This document shows, one piece after another, positions 19,135 to 30,490 of a DNA stretch of 64,000 nt (position 1 is the stretch's first letter; the number at the start of each line of letters is the position of its first letter). Source of the stretch: an uncultured Actinomycetes bacterium. Its GTDB lineage: Bacteria; Actinomycetota; Thermoleophilia; Solirubrobacterales; Solirubrobacteraceae. Made by a program: the position numbers and the translations under genes. The stretch is from positions 42,284-106,283 of the forward strand of contig CAWKOS010000003.1 in assembly GCA_963851295.1 (NCBI GenBank), in the 5' to 3' direction. Below the pieces are notes generated by a model that had not been told where the DNA came from, made no database searches, and saw only the letters and a program-made list of their open reading frames with translations.

Positions 19135-19833
19135 TCCTCGACGCGATCAACTTCGGCTCGGGGTGGTTTCCGACCATCCGCAAGCGCACGGGCTCCTCGG
19201 GCTACTTCACCGTCGCGTGGGCGCTCGCCGACCGCTGGCGCGCCGGCGCCGGCTGGAGCGCGACGGAGCTGCGCGAGCTGCGCACCGAGGAGGTCGCCGA
19301 CACCCTCGGCCAGGACCGCGACCACGAGCTCATGGCCCTCTTCGCGCAGGCCCTGCGCGAGCTCGGGCGCTTCCTCGGCCCGCGCCACGCCCTCGACGTC
19401 GTCGCCGAGGCCCGCGGCTCGGCCGTCCGGATGGCCGAGCTGCTCGCCGGCGGCATGACCATGTGGCAGGACACGGGCTTCTACAAGCGCGCCCAGATCG
19501 CGCCGAGCGACCTCGCGCTCGGCGGGGTCGCCGAGTTCTCGGACCTCGACGCGCTCACGATCTTCTCCGACAACCTCGTCCCCCACGTGCTGCGCTGCGA
19601 GGGCGTCCTCGTCTACGACGAGGGTCTCGCGGCGCACATCGACGCCGGGCGCCTGCTGCGCCCCGGCCCGCAGGAACGCGAGAATCCGCGGCTGCGCGAT
19701 CCACGCCTGCGCCCAGATCGCCGGGCGAACGGGCATGAGCGAGCGCGACCTCGACAACGCGCTCTGGTACCGCGGCCAGCGCCCCGAGTACAAGGCGCGG
19801 CCGCGGCACCGCTGCCGCACGGTCTACTACTAG
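18960..19833 (+). pseudogene. Queuosine-salvage family protein (DUF2419/Qng1-like); frame broken by one extra base near 19683
   Basis: LLVLDAINFGSGWFP, FYKRAQI and FSDNLVPHVLR. After removing one A from gagAAtccg, the tail reads EIRGCAIHACAQIAGRTGMSERDLDNALWYRGQRPEYKARPRHRCRTVYY-stop. Confidence 0.75.
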
Positions 19834-20663
19834 CCCGACCGCTTCAGCTTCCCGTGGCGCTTGGCGTAGCGCTCGCCCGCCCGGAAGACCGCCAGGCCGA
19901 GCGGGATCGCGACCGCGCCGAGCACGAGCAGTGGCCACAGGTCGCCCCACACGTCGCCGAGGCTCGCGCCGTCGAGGAGCGTGGCGCGGATCCCGCGCAG
20001 CGCATAGGTCGCCGGCGAGACCGTGGCGATGGCCTGCATCCAGCCCGGCATGACGCTGACCGGGTAGTAGATCCCCGAGACCACGAGCAGCATGCCCTGG
20101 GCGATGAAACCCAGCTGGGCGCCCTTCTCGGGCGAGATCAGCGGGAGCACCGCCGTCGTCATCCCGACGCCCACGAAGGACACCGACGCGACCGCGAGCA
20201 GCACCAGCGCGCCGGCGAAGTTCGCGTCGGGGAAGGCGAGGCCGAAGAAGACCGCGACGACCGCGAACAGCGCGGCCGTGCGCACGACGCCGTAGAGCAC
20301 GGCGAAGGCGCCCATCCCGAGCAGGTGCACGGGCCGCGCGAGCGGCGCCATGAACGTGTACTCGATCGTCCCCTCCCAGCGCTCCCACGCGACGGTCTCG
20401 GTGAGGATCTCGAAGATGATCCCCAGGTAGGACCAGATCACGGCGCCGATGAGCAGGCTCGCGGTCTGGCGCTCGACGTCGAGGCTGCCGCCGTTCGCCT
20501 CCACGCCCTTGGCGATGAAGGCGATGGTCAGCGTGTTGGCGACGGTCCAGACGAAGAACGCCAGCTCCCACCAGCCGTAGCGCTTGACCAGGTACGCGTT
20601 GCGCTCGACCACGCCGACGAGGGCGATGCCCTGGTGGCGGGCCGAGGCGGCCATGGCGCGCAT
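19830..20663 (-). CDS. ABC-2-type transporter permease
   Basis: Six hydrophobic segments. The ATG overlaps the stop of the upstream ATPase gene. Confidence 0.85.
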   Translation of the reverse strand: MRAMAASARHQGIALVGVVERNAYLVKRYGWWELAFFVWTVANTLTIAFIAKGVEANGGSLDVERQTASLLIGAVIWSYLGIIFEILTETVAWERWEGTIEYTFMAPLARPVHLLGMGAFAVLYGVVRTAALFAVVAVFFGLAFPDANFAGALVLLAVASVSFVGVGMTTAVLPLISPEKGAQLGFIAQGMLLVVSGIYYPVSVMPGWMQAIATVSPATYALRGIRATLLDGASLGDVWGDLWPLLVLGAVAIPLGLAVFRAGERYAKRHGKLKRSG

Positions 20664-21451
20664 CACGCCGCCTCCTCTTCGTCTCGCTCGTCCTCCAGGG
20701 CGCGTCCGGTCGCCGCCAGGAAGGCATCCTCCAGCGTGGCCGCGCCGTAGCGCCGGCGCAGCTCGGCGGCGGGCTCGAGCGCGAGCAGCCGCCCGCGGTC
20801 CAGGATCCCGACGCGGTCGGCCAGCGCCTCGGCCTCGGCCATGTCGTGGGTGCACAGCAGCGTGGTGGTGTCGTGTGTGGCGCGCACCTCGCGGATGAAG
20901 TCCTGGACCTCGCGGCGCGAGCGCGGGTCCAGGCCCGTCGTCGGCTCGTCGAGGAGCAGGAGGGTCGGCGAGGTCAGCAGCGCCCGCGCGAGCGCGACCT
21001 TCTGCTGCATGCCGCGCGAGAGGTCCTCCATCGGCGCCGAGGCGCGCGCGACCGGGAAGCCGACGGCCTCGAGGATCACCGGGACCTGCGCGCGCGTCTG
21101 CGACGGCGCCAGGCCATAGAAGCGCGCGGCGTAGGAGAGGTTCTCGGTCGCCGACATCCTCTTGAAGAACGACGCCTCGACCGACACGCGGTTGACCAGC
21201 CGCCGCACGGCGCCCTCCTGGCGCACGACGTCGTAGCCGTACACGCGCGCGCTGCCGCCATCGTGGAGCAGCAGCGTCGCGAGGACGCGCACGAGGGTCG
21301 ACTTGCCCGAGCCGTTCTGGCCGAGCACGGCGACGCACTCGCCGCGGGCGATGGTGAACGAGATGCCGTCGAGCGCGGTGACGCGCACGCGCCGGCGCCC
21401 CTGACGGCGGGTGAACTGCTTGGTGAGATCTGACACTTCGACTGCGGACAC
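20663..21451 (-). CDS. ABC transporter ATP-binding protein
   Basis: Walker A GQNGSGKST, signature LSRGMQQK, Walker B LLLLDEPTTGLD. Confidence 0.9.
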   Translation of the reverse strand: MSAVEVSDLTKQFTRRQGRRRVRVTALDGISFTIARGECVAVLGQNGSGKSTLVRVLATLLLHDGGSARVYGYDVVRQEGAVRRLVNRVSVEASFFKRMSATENLSYAARFYGLAPSQTRAQVPVILEAVGFPVARASAPMEDLSRGMQQKVALARALLTSPTLLLLDEPTTGLDPRSRREVQDFIREVRATHDTTTLLCTHDMAEAEALADRVGILDRGRLLALEPAAELRRRYGAATLEDAFLAATGRALEDERDEEEAA

Positions 21452-21601
21452 GACGTGCTCCTAACGAATGCACTGAACCGGGGCAGGAACGACCGACCGA
21501 GGCGGGGCTCGGCTACGCGGGGCCGTCTAGCGGTTCACAGGGCGAAGCACGTCCCCGACGGTACCACCGCCGGGGACGTCGTGCCAGGAGGCGTGTCGGG
21601 G

Positions 21602-22756
21602 TCAGTCGACGAGGTCGAGGAACTGCCAGTGCTGGCCGTCGGCCAGCCCGGCGAGCTGGCGCCCGACCGTCTGCTGGATCGGCAGCGACGGGATCACGTG
21701 CTGGGTGGCGGCGTGCATGTCGCGGAAGAGCTGCTGGACCTTCCCCGAGCGCAGGCCGCTCGTCCCCGACGAGGCGTAGACGAACTTCGCGACCTCGTGC
21801 GCCGCCCACGTGGAGTGGATGGTGCCCAGGCGGATGTTCGTGTTCTGGTCGACCGACAGGTCCTCGCTGCGCGCGAGCGTCTCGGTCACGTCGGTCCAGG
21901 TCTCGAAGATCAGCGCGCGCGCCGCCCTGCGGATGCCCTCCGCGCGGGTGAAGCCCTCCTGGAAGCTGGCGTTCTCGCCCAGCGCCCCCGGACGGCCGGC
22001 CTTCGCCTTGATCATGGCCTTCAGCTCGTCCATCAGCCGCCGCGCGATGCCGAGCGCGAAGCCCGAGTGGCAGATGCCGGCGATGTTGATGATCCCGAGC
22101 CGGTACAGGTCGCCGCGCTCGACCGACTCGCTGACGGCGAAGTGCGAGAAGTACTCCGGGACGAAGACGCTGTCGATCTTGTAGTCGATGCTCCCCGTCG
22201 CCCGCAGGCCCATGACGTCCCAATTGTCGATCAGCTCGGCCTGCTCGACCGGGACCACGAAGATGCGCGGCTCGCCGGTGCCCTCGACCACGCCGAGGGT
22301 GTGGATGAAGCCCGAGTGCTTGATGCCCGAGGCGAACTGCCACGAGCCGCTGAGCAGGTGGCCGCCGTCGGTCGGCACCGCGGTTCCCGGGCGCGTGCCC
22401 TGCCCGGCGATGACGGGGAAGCGCTCGCCGCCGAAGATCTCGTCGATCGCCTGCTCGCCGAGGTAGGCCGCGCCGGTGCCGATGGCCAGCCCGGCCGCCA
22501 TCGTCACCCAGCCGGTCGACGGGTCGGCGTAGGTGAGCTGGTCGATGACCTTCAGCGAGCTGACGGGATCGAGCTCGGAGCCGCCGAGCGCCTTCGGGAC
22601 CCACATGCCGAAGAGGCCCGCATCGTGGAGGGCGTCGACGACCGGGTCGGAGAGCCGTCCGCGCTCGTCTCCCTCGGCGGCGTGCTCGTCGATGAGCCCC
22701 TCGAGGCGCTGGGCCTCGGCCAGGAGGTCGGGGGTGGTCGTCGTCGTGTCGGTCAT
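21602..22756 (-). CDS. Acyl-CoA dehydrogenase-family flavoprotein (possibly a monooxygenase-type member)
   Basis: The length and pattern (GLFGMWVPKALGG, WVTMAAG, GSWQFASG, NWDVMGLRATGS) fit the ACAD fold. A GC hairpin (about 21549-21579) follows the stop. Confidence 0.75.
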   Translation of the reverse strand: MTDTTTTTPDLLAEAQRLEGLIDEHAAEGDERGRLSDPVVDALHDAGLFGMWVPKALGGSELDPVSSLKVIDQLTYADPSTGWVTMAAGLAIGTGAAYLGEQAIDEIFGGERFPVIAGQGTRPGTAVPTDGGHLLSGSWQFASGIKHSGFIHTLGVVEGTGEPRIFVVPVEQAELIDNWDVMGLRATGSIDYKIDSVFVPEYFSHFAVSESVERGDLYRLGIINIAGICHSGFALGIARRLMDELKAMIKAKAGRPGALGENASFQEGFTRAEGIRRAARALIFETWTDVTETLARSEDLSVDQNTNIRLGTIHSTWAAHEVAKFVYASSGTSGLRSGKVQQLFRDMHAATQHVIPSLPIQQTVGRQLAGLADGQHWQFLDLVD

Positions 22757-22783
22757 GCAGGTCTCCTCGTGTGGGATCTGGGA

Positions 22784-23524
22784 CTAGCCGCCCGCCGGGT
22801 TGCGGCCCTGGGCGGGGCGCAGGGGGCGCACTTCGGCCGCGGGCTCGTGCTCGCGGCCATCCTTCGCGGCCAACTCGCGCTCGAGCGCATCGATGCGGGC
22901 GGCCAGGCCCTTGATGGCGTCGGCCACCGGGTCGGGCAGGTGGATCCAATCGGCGTCGGGGCCCTCCACCTTGCGGCCGTCGACGCGGACGACGTGGCCG
23001 GGGTTGCCGACCACGGTCGAGTTCGGTGGAACGTCGGTGATGACGACGGAGTTGGCGCCGATCTTGGCGCCGTGGCCGACGGTGATCGGCCCCAGCAGCT
23101 TGGCGCCCGAGCCGATCGTGACGTTGTCCTGCACGGTCGGGTGGCGCTTGCCGGTGGCGAAGCCGGTGCCGCCGAGGGTCACGCCCTGGTAGAGCGTGAC
23201 GTCGTCGCCGATCTCGGCCGTCTCCCCGACGACGACGCCGGTGCCGTGGTCGATGAAGAGGCCGTCGCCGATCCGGGCCGCCGGGTGGATCTCGATCCCG
23301 GTGAGCGCCCGCGTCGCCGTGCTCAGGGCGCGCGGGACGAAGGGGACGCCCGCGTGGTGCAGGGCGTGGGCGACGCGATAGGACAGCAGCGCGTGGACGC
23401 CGGGCCAGCTCGTGAGGATCTCGACCGAGGAGACGCCGCGCGCGGCGGGGTCGCGCTCATGGGCCGCGGCGACGTCGCGGCGAATCTCGCCGGCGACCCG
23501 GCGCAGCGTGCCTAGCCCGATCAT
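22784..23524 (-). CDS. cysE: Serine O-acetyltransferase
   Basis: DPAARG...HPAARIGDGLFIDHGTGVVVGETAEIGDDVTLYQGVTLGG hexapeptide repeats. Confidence 0.9.
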   Translation of the reverse strand: MIGLGTLRRVAGEIRRDVAAAHERDPAARGVSSVEILTSWPGVHALLSYRVAHALHHAGVPFVPRALSTATRALTGIEIHPAARIGDGLFIDHGTGVVVGETAEIGDDVTLYQGVTLGGTGFATGKRHPTVQDNVTIGSGAKLLGPITVGHGAKIGANSVVITDVPPNSTVVGNPGHVVRVDGRKVEGPDADWIHLPDPVADAIKGLAARIDALERELAAKDGREHEPAAEVRPLRPAQGRNPAGG

Positions 23525-23541
23525 GGCCGTACGATAGCTAC

Positions 23542-24135
23542 GTGCGCTTCCTCATCCTGCACGGTTGGCAAGGTTCGGGTCCCGAACATTGGCAGACCTG
23601 GCTGGCGGGTGAGCTGCGCGGCTCCGGGCACCACGTCCAGTACCCCGAGCTCCCGGCGTGCGACGAGCCGTGCCCCGACCGCTGGGGCATGGCCTTCCGT
23701 TCCGAGCTCGGGCGCCTCGCCGCCCGCCAGGACGACGAGCGCGTCGTGGTCGCCCATTCGCTCGGCTGCGTGCTGTGGCTGCGCGAGGCCGCCAACGTCG
23801 CGCCCTCGCGGCGGGTGGACCGCGTCGCGCTGGTCGCCCCTCCGTGCCCGGGCGCCGCGGTCCCCGAGCTCGCGGGCTTCTACCCGACCGGGGCCGAGCG
23901 CGACGCCGTGGCGCTCGCGGCGCGCGAGACGCGGCTGGTCTGCACCGACGACGACCCCTACTGCCCGGGCGAGGGCGCCGACCGCTTTTGGGCCACGCCA
24001 CTCGGCCTGCCCGTCGACCTGCTTCCGGGCGCCGGGCACATCAACGTCGAGGCCGGCTTCGGCCCGTGGCCCGAGATGCTGGCGTGGTGCCTGGGCCGGC
24101 GCCCGGCGCTGGCGCCCGAGGCCGCCGCGGCCTAG
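23542..24135 (+). CDS. Alpha/beta hydrolase of the YdeN/RBBP9 type
   Basis: ILHGWQGSGPEHWQ...VAHSLGC...GAGHIN pattern. It diverges from cysE with only a 17-bp spacer. Confidence 0.65.
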   Translation: MRFLILHGWQGSGPEHWQTWLAGELRGSGHHVQYPELPACDEPCPDRWGMAFRSELGRLAARQDDERVVVAHSLGCVLWLREAANVAPSRRVDRVALVAPPCPGAAVPELAGFYPTGAERDAVALAARETRLVCTDDDPYCPGEGADRFWATPLGLPVDLLPGAGHINVEAGFGPWPEMLAWCLGRRPALAPEAAAA

Positions 24136-24147
24136 GCGCCTGGCGCC

Positions 24148-25117
24148 TCAGCCCGCCGCGGCCTGGTCGCTGCGCGGGGCGAAGAACGGCGCCGAGATGT
24201 AGCGCTCGCCCGAGTCGGGCAGGACGGCGACGATCCGCTTGCCCCGCGACTCGGGGCGCTGGGCGACCTCGAGCGCGGCCCAGAGCGCCGCGCCGCACGA
24301 GATGCCGGCGAGGATCCCCTCGCGCGCGGCGACCGCGTGGGCGGTGGCGATGGCGTCCTCGTCCGTGCAGGCCATGACCTCGTCGAGCACCTCGACGTCG
24401 AGCACGGCGGGGACGAAGCCGGCGCCGATGCCCTGGATGCGGTGCGGGCCCGGGGCGCCGCCGGAGAGGACCGGCGAGGAGGCCGGCTCGACCCCGACGA
24501 CCTGGGCCCGGGGGTTGTGGGACTTGAGCGCCTCGCCGACCCCGGTGACCGTTCCGCCCGTCCCGACCCCGGCCACGAAGACGTCGACCTTGCCGTCGAG
24601 CGCGGCGAGGATCTCCGGGCCGGTGCCGATGCGGTGGGCCTCGGGGTTGGCGGGGTTGGAGAACTGGTCGGGCAGGAAGACGTCGGGGTCCTTGGCGGCC
24701 GCCCGGGCCGCGTCGACGGCCTCGTTCATGCCGCCCAGCGACTCGACGATCTCGACCTGCGCGCCGTAGAGGCGCAGCAGCGCCTCGCGCTCGCGGCTCA
24801 TGCCCTGGGGCAGGAAGATCGAGAGGTCGTAGCCCTTGGCCGCGCAGCAGAAGGCCAGCGCGATGCCGGTGTTGCCCGAGGTCGCCTCGACGATCGTGGT
24901 GCGGCCGGGCTCGATGAGGCCGTCGCGCTCGGCGGCGTCGAGCATCGCCACGCCGATGCGGTCCTTGACCGAGCCTCCCGGGGTTGAACGCCTCGAGCTT
25001 GCCGTAGAGCTCGACGTCGACGCCATCGGGCAGCATCCGCGTGAGCGCGACCATCGGCGTGTTGCCGACGGTGTCGGCGATGTTCGTCGGGATTCGCGGC
25101 ATGCGGCGCTTGCGCAC
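24148..25117 (-). pseudogene. cysK: Cysteine synthase A (O-acetylserine sulfhydrylase); frame broken by one extra base in a G/C run near 24977-24984
   Basis: The N-terminal part TVGNTPMVAL...KLEAFNPG is in one frame. GSVKDRIG...TSGNTGIALA...GTGGT... is in another. Removing one base from aaccccgggaggctcg restores NPGGSVKD. The start is either 25117 or 25102. Confidence 0.85.
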
Positions 25118-25160
25118 CCTACCGGCGACCCCGGAGCGCGGCGGCCCCGTGCGCGGCGGC

Positions 25161-25376
25161 TCAGATCAGGTCGCGGTGGTCGCCCTGGCGGCGGCACCCG
25201 ACGACCGCGGCGATCGGCGCGCGGTCCTCGAGGACCCGGCGGGGGCGGCCGGCGGAGCCGAGGGTCGGCGAGAGGCGCAGCCGGCGCACGAGGGCGTCCT
25301 GGACGGTGGCGCCCGCGTCGAGCGCGGTCGCCACCGGGAGGGGCCGGTCGGGCCGGGCGTGGCGTTCGTGCAGCAT
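25161..25376 (-). CDS. Possible small ORF (71 aa) upstream of cysK
   Basis: Supported only by GC3-rich codon usage. No motif recognised. Confidence 0.3.
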   Translation of the reverse strand: MLHERHARPDRPLPVATALDAGATVQDALVRRLRLSPTLGSAGRPRRVLEDRAPIAAVVGCRRQGDHRDLI

Positions 25377-25432
25377 GGAGGCCAGAACGCACGCGGGCCC
25401 GGGATCTTGCGGTTCATGCGTACGCTGGACGA

Positions 25433-25708
25433 ATGACCGATCGCATCGTCCTCGAGCCCGAGGAGATCGCGGGCCTGATCCGCGGCTCGCGGCTGCTCGA
25501 TCTGCGCGTGGACACCCCGTCGGACCTGCGCGAGCGCCTGCTGGCGACCGCGACGACGGCGATGGACGCGCTGTGCGGGCTGTGCGACCGGGCCGGGACG
25601 GATGCGGTCTGGGACGTCCTCGAGCTGCTCGACCACCGCGAGCTGCTGGCCTTCTCGACGCTGATGGCATCGGAGCTGAGCGAGACGTCGTTCTCGGCCA
25701 ACGGCTGA
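25433..25708 (+). CDS. Hypothetical acidic protein (91 aa)
   Basis: ATG at 25433 in a strongly GC3-biased frame (MTDRIVLEPEEIAGL...). Confidence 0.45.
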   Translation: MTDRIVLEPEEIAGLIRGSRLLDLRVDTPSDLRERLLATATTAMDALCGLCDRAGTDAVWDVLELLDHRELLAFSTLMASELSETSFSANG

Positions 25709-25758
25709 CGCACCGTTTCTTCGGTTCCTATTAGAGGCGGGCTGTTCACTGGCCGCCC

Positions 25759-26199
25759 GTGAGCACTTCTCGCCTCGTCGGAGTCCTGCTGGCGGCATGC
25801 GCGCTGGGGGTCGGCGCGTGCGGGAGCAGCGACTCGACATCGACCACGAACGCCTCCGCCTCCCAGGGCGCCGGCGGGCAGCGCAACGGCCCGGGCGCCG
25901 TGCTGCGCGACCCGAAGGTGCAGGCGTGCCTGAAGAAGCAGGGCGTGACGATCCCGAGCTTCCGGCGGCCGCCGGGAAGCGGGCAGCGGCCGCCGGGGGG
26001 CTCGGGGCAGGGCGGCGGGCAGTCCGGCGGGAGCGGCGGGCAGCGCCCGCCCGGCGGCGGCGCCAACGGCGGCCGCTTCGCGCAGCGCTTCCAGCAGCTG
26101 CGCGCGGCGCTGCAGAAGTGCGGCGTGCAATTGCCGCAGGGCGGCGGGCGCCCGCCCCAGCCGCAGGGCCAGGGCACCTCCACGACGACCCAGACCTGA
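25759..26199 (+). CDS. Gly/Gln/Pro-rich lipoprotein, first gene of the efflux operon
   Basis: Lipobox-like LLAACALGVGAC. Internally duplicated Cys-containing helices (VQACLKKQGVTIP and LQKCGVQLP). Confidence 0.55.
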   Translation: MSTSRLVGVLLAACALGVGACGSSDSTSTTNASASQGAGGQRNGPGAVLRDPKVQACLKKQGVTIPSFRRPPGSGQRPPGGSGQGGGQSGGSGGQRPPGGGANGGRFAQRFQQLRAALQKCGVQLPQGGGRPPQPQGQGTSTTTQT

Positions 26200-26200
26200 G

Positions 26201-27810
26201 ATGCGACGCCGTCCGGCCCTCACCACCATCGCCGCGGGCGTGCTGGCCGTGGCCGCCGTCGTCGTCGCGATCCTCGCCATCGGCTCGCCGTCGACCTCGA
26301 CCGCCCAGGAGCGCACCGTCACGGTCGCGCACGGTGTCGTGCAGTCGACGGTCTCGGGCAGCGGCAACCTCTCTCCCGCCAACCAGGTCGACCTCGACTT
26401 CGGCACGAGCGGCGAGATCACGCACATCTACGTCCACGAGGGCGAGCACGTCGGCGCCGACCAGCTCCTGGCGACCGTCGACGACAGCGCCGCGAAGGTC
26501 GACCTCGCCGAGGCCCAGGCGAACCTCCAGACCGCGCAGGACACCCTCGACCAGGTCCAGTCCGGCTCCTCGTCCTCGTCGTCGGGCTCGACGACGGCGA
26601 GCGCGGCGTCCGTCAGCCACGGCGTGATGGCGACCGTCGCCCAGGCCACGCCGACGACGCCGACCACGACGACGCCGCCGCAGACCACGCCGACGACGAC
26701 CACGCCGACCACCACCACGCCGACCACCACGACGCCGACGACGACCACGCCGACGACGACCACGCCGGCCACGACCAAGCCGAAGCAGACCAAGCCGAAG
26801 CAGACGACGCCGTCGAGTGGGTCGGGGAGCGGCGGCTCGGGCGGAGGCGGCGGCTCGGGCGGAGGCGGCGGCTCAGGCTCCGGCAGCGGCGGCTCCGGTG
26901 GCGGCAGCACCATCTCCGAGGCCGCCGCCGAGGCCGACGTCCAGAGCGCCGAGCTCGCCGTCAGCAGCGCCGAGAAGGCGCTCTCCGCGACCCGGCTGCG
27001 CGCCCCGATGGCGGGCACCATCGCGTCGGTCAACGGGTCGGTCGGCCAGACCACGGGCAGCGGCTCGTCGTCGGGCAACGGATCGAACGGATCCAACGGC
27101 TCGAGCGGGGCGAGCGTCGCGGGCGGGCTCGGCGGGAGCGGGTCGAGCTCGGGCTCCGGCGGAAACGGCTCCTCGAGCGGCTCGAGCTTCATCACCCTCG
27201 CCCAGATCAGCCGCTTCAAGATGGAGGTCTCGCTCAGCGAGTCCGACATCGGCTCCGTGAAGGTCGGCCAGCCGGCGACGGTGACCGTCAACGCGGCGTC
27301 CGGCGAGGAGTTCGCGGCCAAGGTGACCGACATCGGCGTGCTCTCGTCGTCGTCGAGCGGGTCGAGCAGCGCGGTCAGCTACCCAGTCACGCTGACGCTC
27401 GCCCAGACGAGCAAGCACCTGAAGGCCGGCATGAGCGCGACGGCCGACATCGTCACGGCCCAGGTCTCGGGCGTCGCCGTCCCCTCGCAGGCGCTGAGCG
27501 GCTCGACGGTCACCGTGCAGGCCAAGGACGGCTCGCAGAGCACGCGCCGCGTCGAGCTCGGCGTGGTCGGCGACTCGACGACGCAGGTCGTCAGCGGCCT
27601 GAACGTCGGCGACGTCGTCGTGGTCCGCTCGACCAGCGCCCTGGCGGGCGCGACCGGCTCGGGCGCCGACCAGATCAACAACGCGCTGCGCAGCCGCCTC
27701 GGCGGCGGCGCCGGCCTCGGGGGCGGCGGGCTGAGCCGCGGCGGCTTCGGCCGCGGCGGCGGCGGCGGGGGCGGCGCGGGGCCGGTCCTCGTCGGCCCCG
27801 GAGGCGGGCC

Positions 27811-27814
<4 letters not shown>
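26201..27814 (+). CDS. HlyD/MacA-type periplasmic adaptor (membrane fusion protein) with a long low-complexity insert
   Basis: N-terminal TM segment. Lipoyl/barrel motifs (GEITHIYVHEGEHVGADQLLATVD, LRAPMAGTIASV, PVTLTL, VVVVRS). These are interrupted by (TTTTP)n and Gly/Ser tracts. Confidence 0.75.
26649..26910 (+). repeat. In-frame tandem low-complexity repeats inside the adaptor gene
   Basis: 15-nt periodic acgacgaccacgccg units encode TTTTP repeats. They are followed by a duplicated ggcggctcgggcggaggc unit (GGSGGGG). Confidence 0.8.
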
Positions 27815-28544
<730 letters not shown>

Positions 28545-28548
<4 letters not shown>

Positions 28549-29774
28549 CGCCCGCCGAGACCCTGCGCATCGCGCTGGCCGGCATCACAGCCAACAAGCT
28601 GCGCTCGGGCCTGACGATCCTCGGGATGACGATCGGGGTCGCGGCCGTGATCGTCCTCGTCGCGGTCGGCAACGGGTCCAAGAAGCAGGTGCAGGCGGGG
28701 ATCGACGCGCTCGGCTCCAACGTCCTGCTCGTCCAGGGCCAGAACGGGCCGGGCGGCCCCGGCGGCTTCCGCCGCGGCGGCGGCGCGGGTGGGCTGACGC
28801 TCACGACGCAGGACGCCACGGCCCTGCAGGACCAGTTCAACGCCCCGCACGTCAAGAGCGCAGCGCCGGTGGTCAACGCGACCGGCACGACGTTGGTAGC
28901 GGGTGCTACGTCCTACTCCCCGTCGTCCTTCGTCGGCACGACGCCCGCCTACGCCGACACGCGCGACTACAAGACGCAGGCCGGCGCGCTCTTCAGCGAC
29001 CAGGACGTCAAGAAGCACCGCCGGGTCGTCGTCCTCGGCCCGACCGTGGTCGAGAACCTCTTCGGCGGCCAGGACCCGGTCGGACAGTCGGTACGCGTCG
29101 ACGGCACGGCCTTCGAGGTCGTCGGCGTCACCAAGCCGAAGGGCTCCAACGGCATCCAGGACCAGGACGACGTCGCGATCGCGCCGATCACCGCCGTCGA
29201 GGACTCGATCAGCGGCTACGGATCGATCAGCAACATCACGGTGCAGGGCAGGTCGGGCGCGACGCTCGACGCCGCGCAGGCCGAGGTGACCTCGATCCTC
29301 GAGCAGCGCCATCACGTGACCGACCCCACCGACCCCGGCTTCCAGGTCATCAACCAGGGGTCGGTCCGCGAGGCGTCCAACCAGAGCACGCAGGTCTTCA
29401 CGACGCTGCTCGGCGCCGTCGCCGCCATCTCGCTGCTCGTCGGCGGCATCGGCGTGATGAACATCATGCTCGTCAGCGTCACCGAGCGCACGCGCGAGAT
29501 CGGCATCCGCAAGGCGATCGGCGCGCGCCGCAGCGACATCCTCACCCAGTTCCTGACGGAGGCCGTCCTCGTCTCGCTCTTCGGCGGCCTGCTCGGCGTG
29601 GCGGCCGGCATCGTCGGCAGCCAGTTCACGATCGTCGGCGTCACCCCGGTGATCGCGGTCTACTCGGTCTTCCTCGCCTTCGGGGCCGCCGTCCTGTGCG
29701 GCCTCTTCTTCGGCACCTATCCGGCAGCCCGCGCCGCGGGCCTGCGCCCCATCGACGCCCTGAGATTCGAATGA
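28545..29774 (+). CDS. MacB-type ABC permease (FtsX-like)
   Basis: MacB periplasmic domain plus the FtsX C-terminus (GGIGVMNIMLVSVTERTREIGIRKAIGA...ALRFE). Confidence 0.9.
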
Positions 29775-30451
29775 GCACGAACCCCCACCTCGATCGCCCC
29801 ATGCCCGACGACTACGACGACGACGACTGGGATCCCGTCGACGACGAGGAGACGCTCCCGCCGCGGCCGCGACGGCGACTCGTGACGCCGCTGGCGGCGG
29901 TGTTCGCCGCCGTCGTGGTGGCCGCGCTGGGCTTCCTCGGCGGCGTCCAGGTCCAGAAGCACCAGGACAAGGCCTCGGGCAGCGGCGGCGCGAACGCGGC
30001 CGCTGCCGCGGCGAGCTTCGGGGCGCGCGGCGCCCGCGGGGGCGCAGCGGCCGGCGGCGGCGGCTTCGGCGGCGGTGGCGGCGGCGGGCCCGCCGGCGGC
30101 GGCGCCACGGTCGGCTCGGTCGCCAACAAGAGCGGCTCGACCCTCTACGTCAAGAACGCCGACGGCAACACGGTGAAGGTCAAGACCACGAGCCACTCGA
30201 AGATCAACCGCATGGCGCAGTCGAGCGTCGGCGCCATCCATCCGGGCGACACGGTGATCGTCCAGGGGACGACGAGCTCGAGCGGGACGGTGACCGCGTC
30301 GCAGATCACGGCGACGGCGGCGGGCGCGACCAGCGGGCTGTTCGGCGGCGGCGGCTTCGGGGGCGGCTTCCGCGGAGGCGGCGGCGGCGGAGGCGGCGGT
30401 GGCGGCCCGTCCGGCGCCGGCGGTGGCAGCAGCCAGTCCGGCGGCGGTTGA
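29771..30451 (+). CDS. Membrane-anchored Gly-rich protein, last gene of the efflux operon
   Basis: The ATG overlaps the macB stop (ATGA). Acidic N-terminus, one TM segment, a beta-rich core and poly-Gly tracts. Confidence 0.5.
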   Translation: MSTNPHLDRPMPDDYDDDDWDPVDDEETLPPRPRRRLVTPLAAVFAAVVVAALGFLGGVQVQKHQDKASGSGGANAAAAAASFGARGARGGAAAGGGGFGGGGGGGPAGGGATVGSVANKSGSTLYVKNADGNTVKVKTTSHSKINRMAQSSVGAIHPGDTVIVQGTTSSSGTVTASQITATAAGATSGLFGGGGFGGGFRGGGGGGGGGGGPSGAGGGSSQSGGG

Positions 30452-30490
30452 GCCCGACGAGCACCTGCTCGTCGTCGCCTGCGCCCGCGG

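Noticed and set aside
26815-27200. Repetitive GGC/GGN-rich DNA that could superficially look like a repeat array
   Set aside because: It is in-frame Gly/Ser low-complexity coding sequence of the adaptor gene. It has no repeat-spacer organisation, so it is not a CRISPR array.
29762-29772. gattcgaa (reverse complement TTCGAATC), resembling a tRNA T-loop
   Set aside because: It lies inside the MacB permease C-terminus (ALRFE-stop), and no complementary T-stem flanks it.
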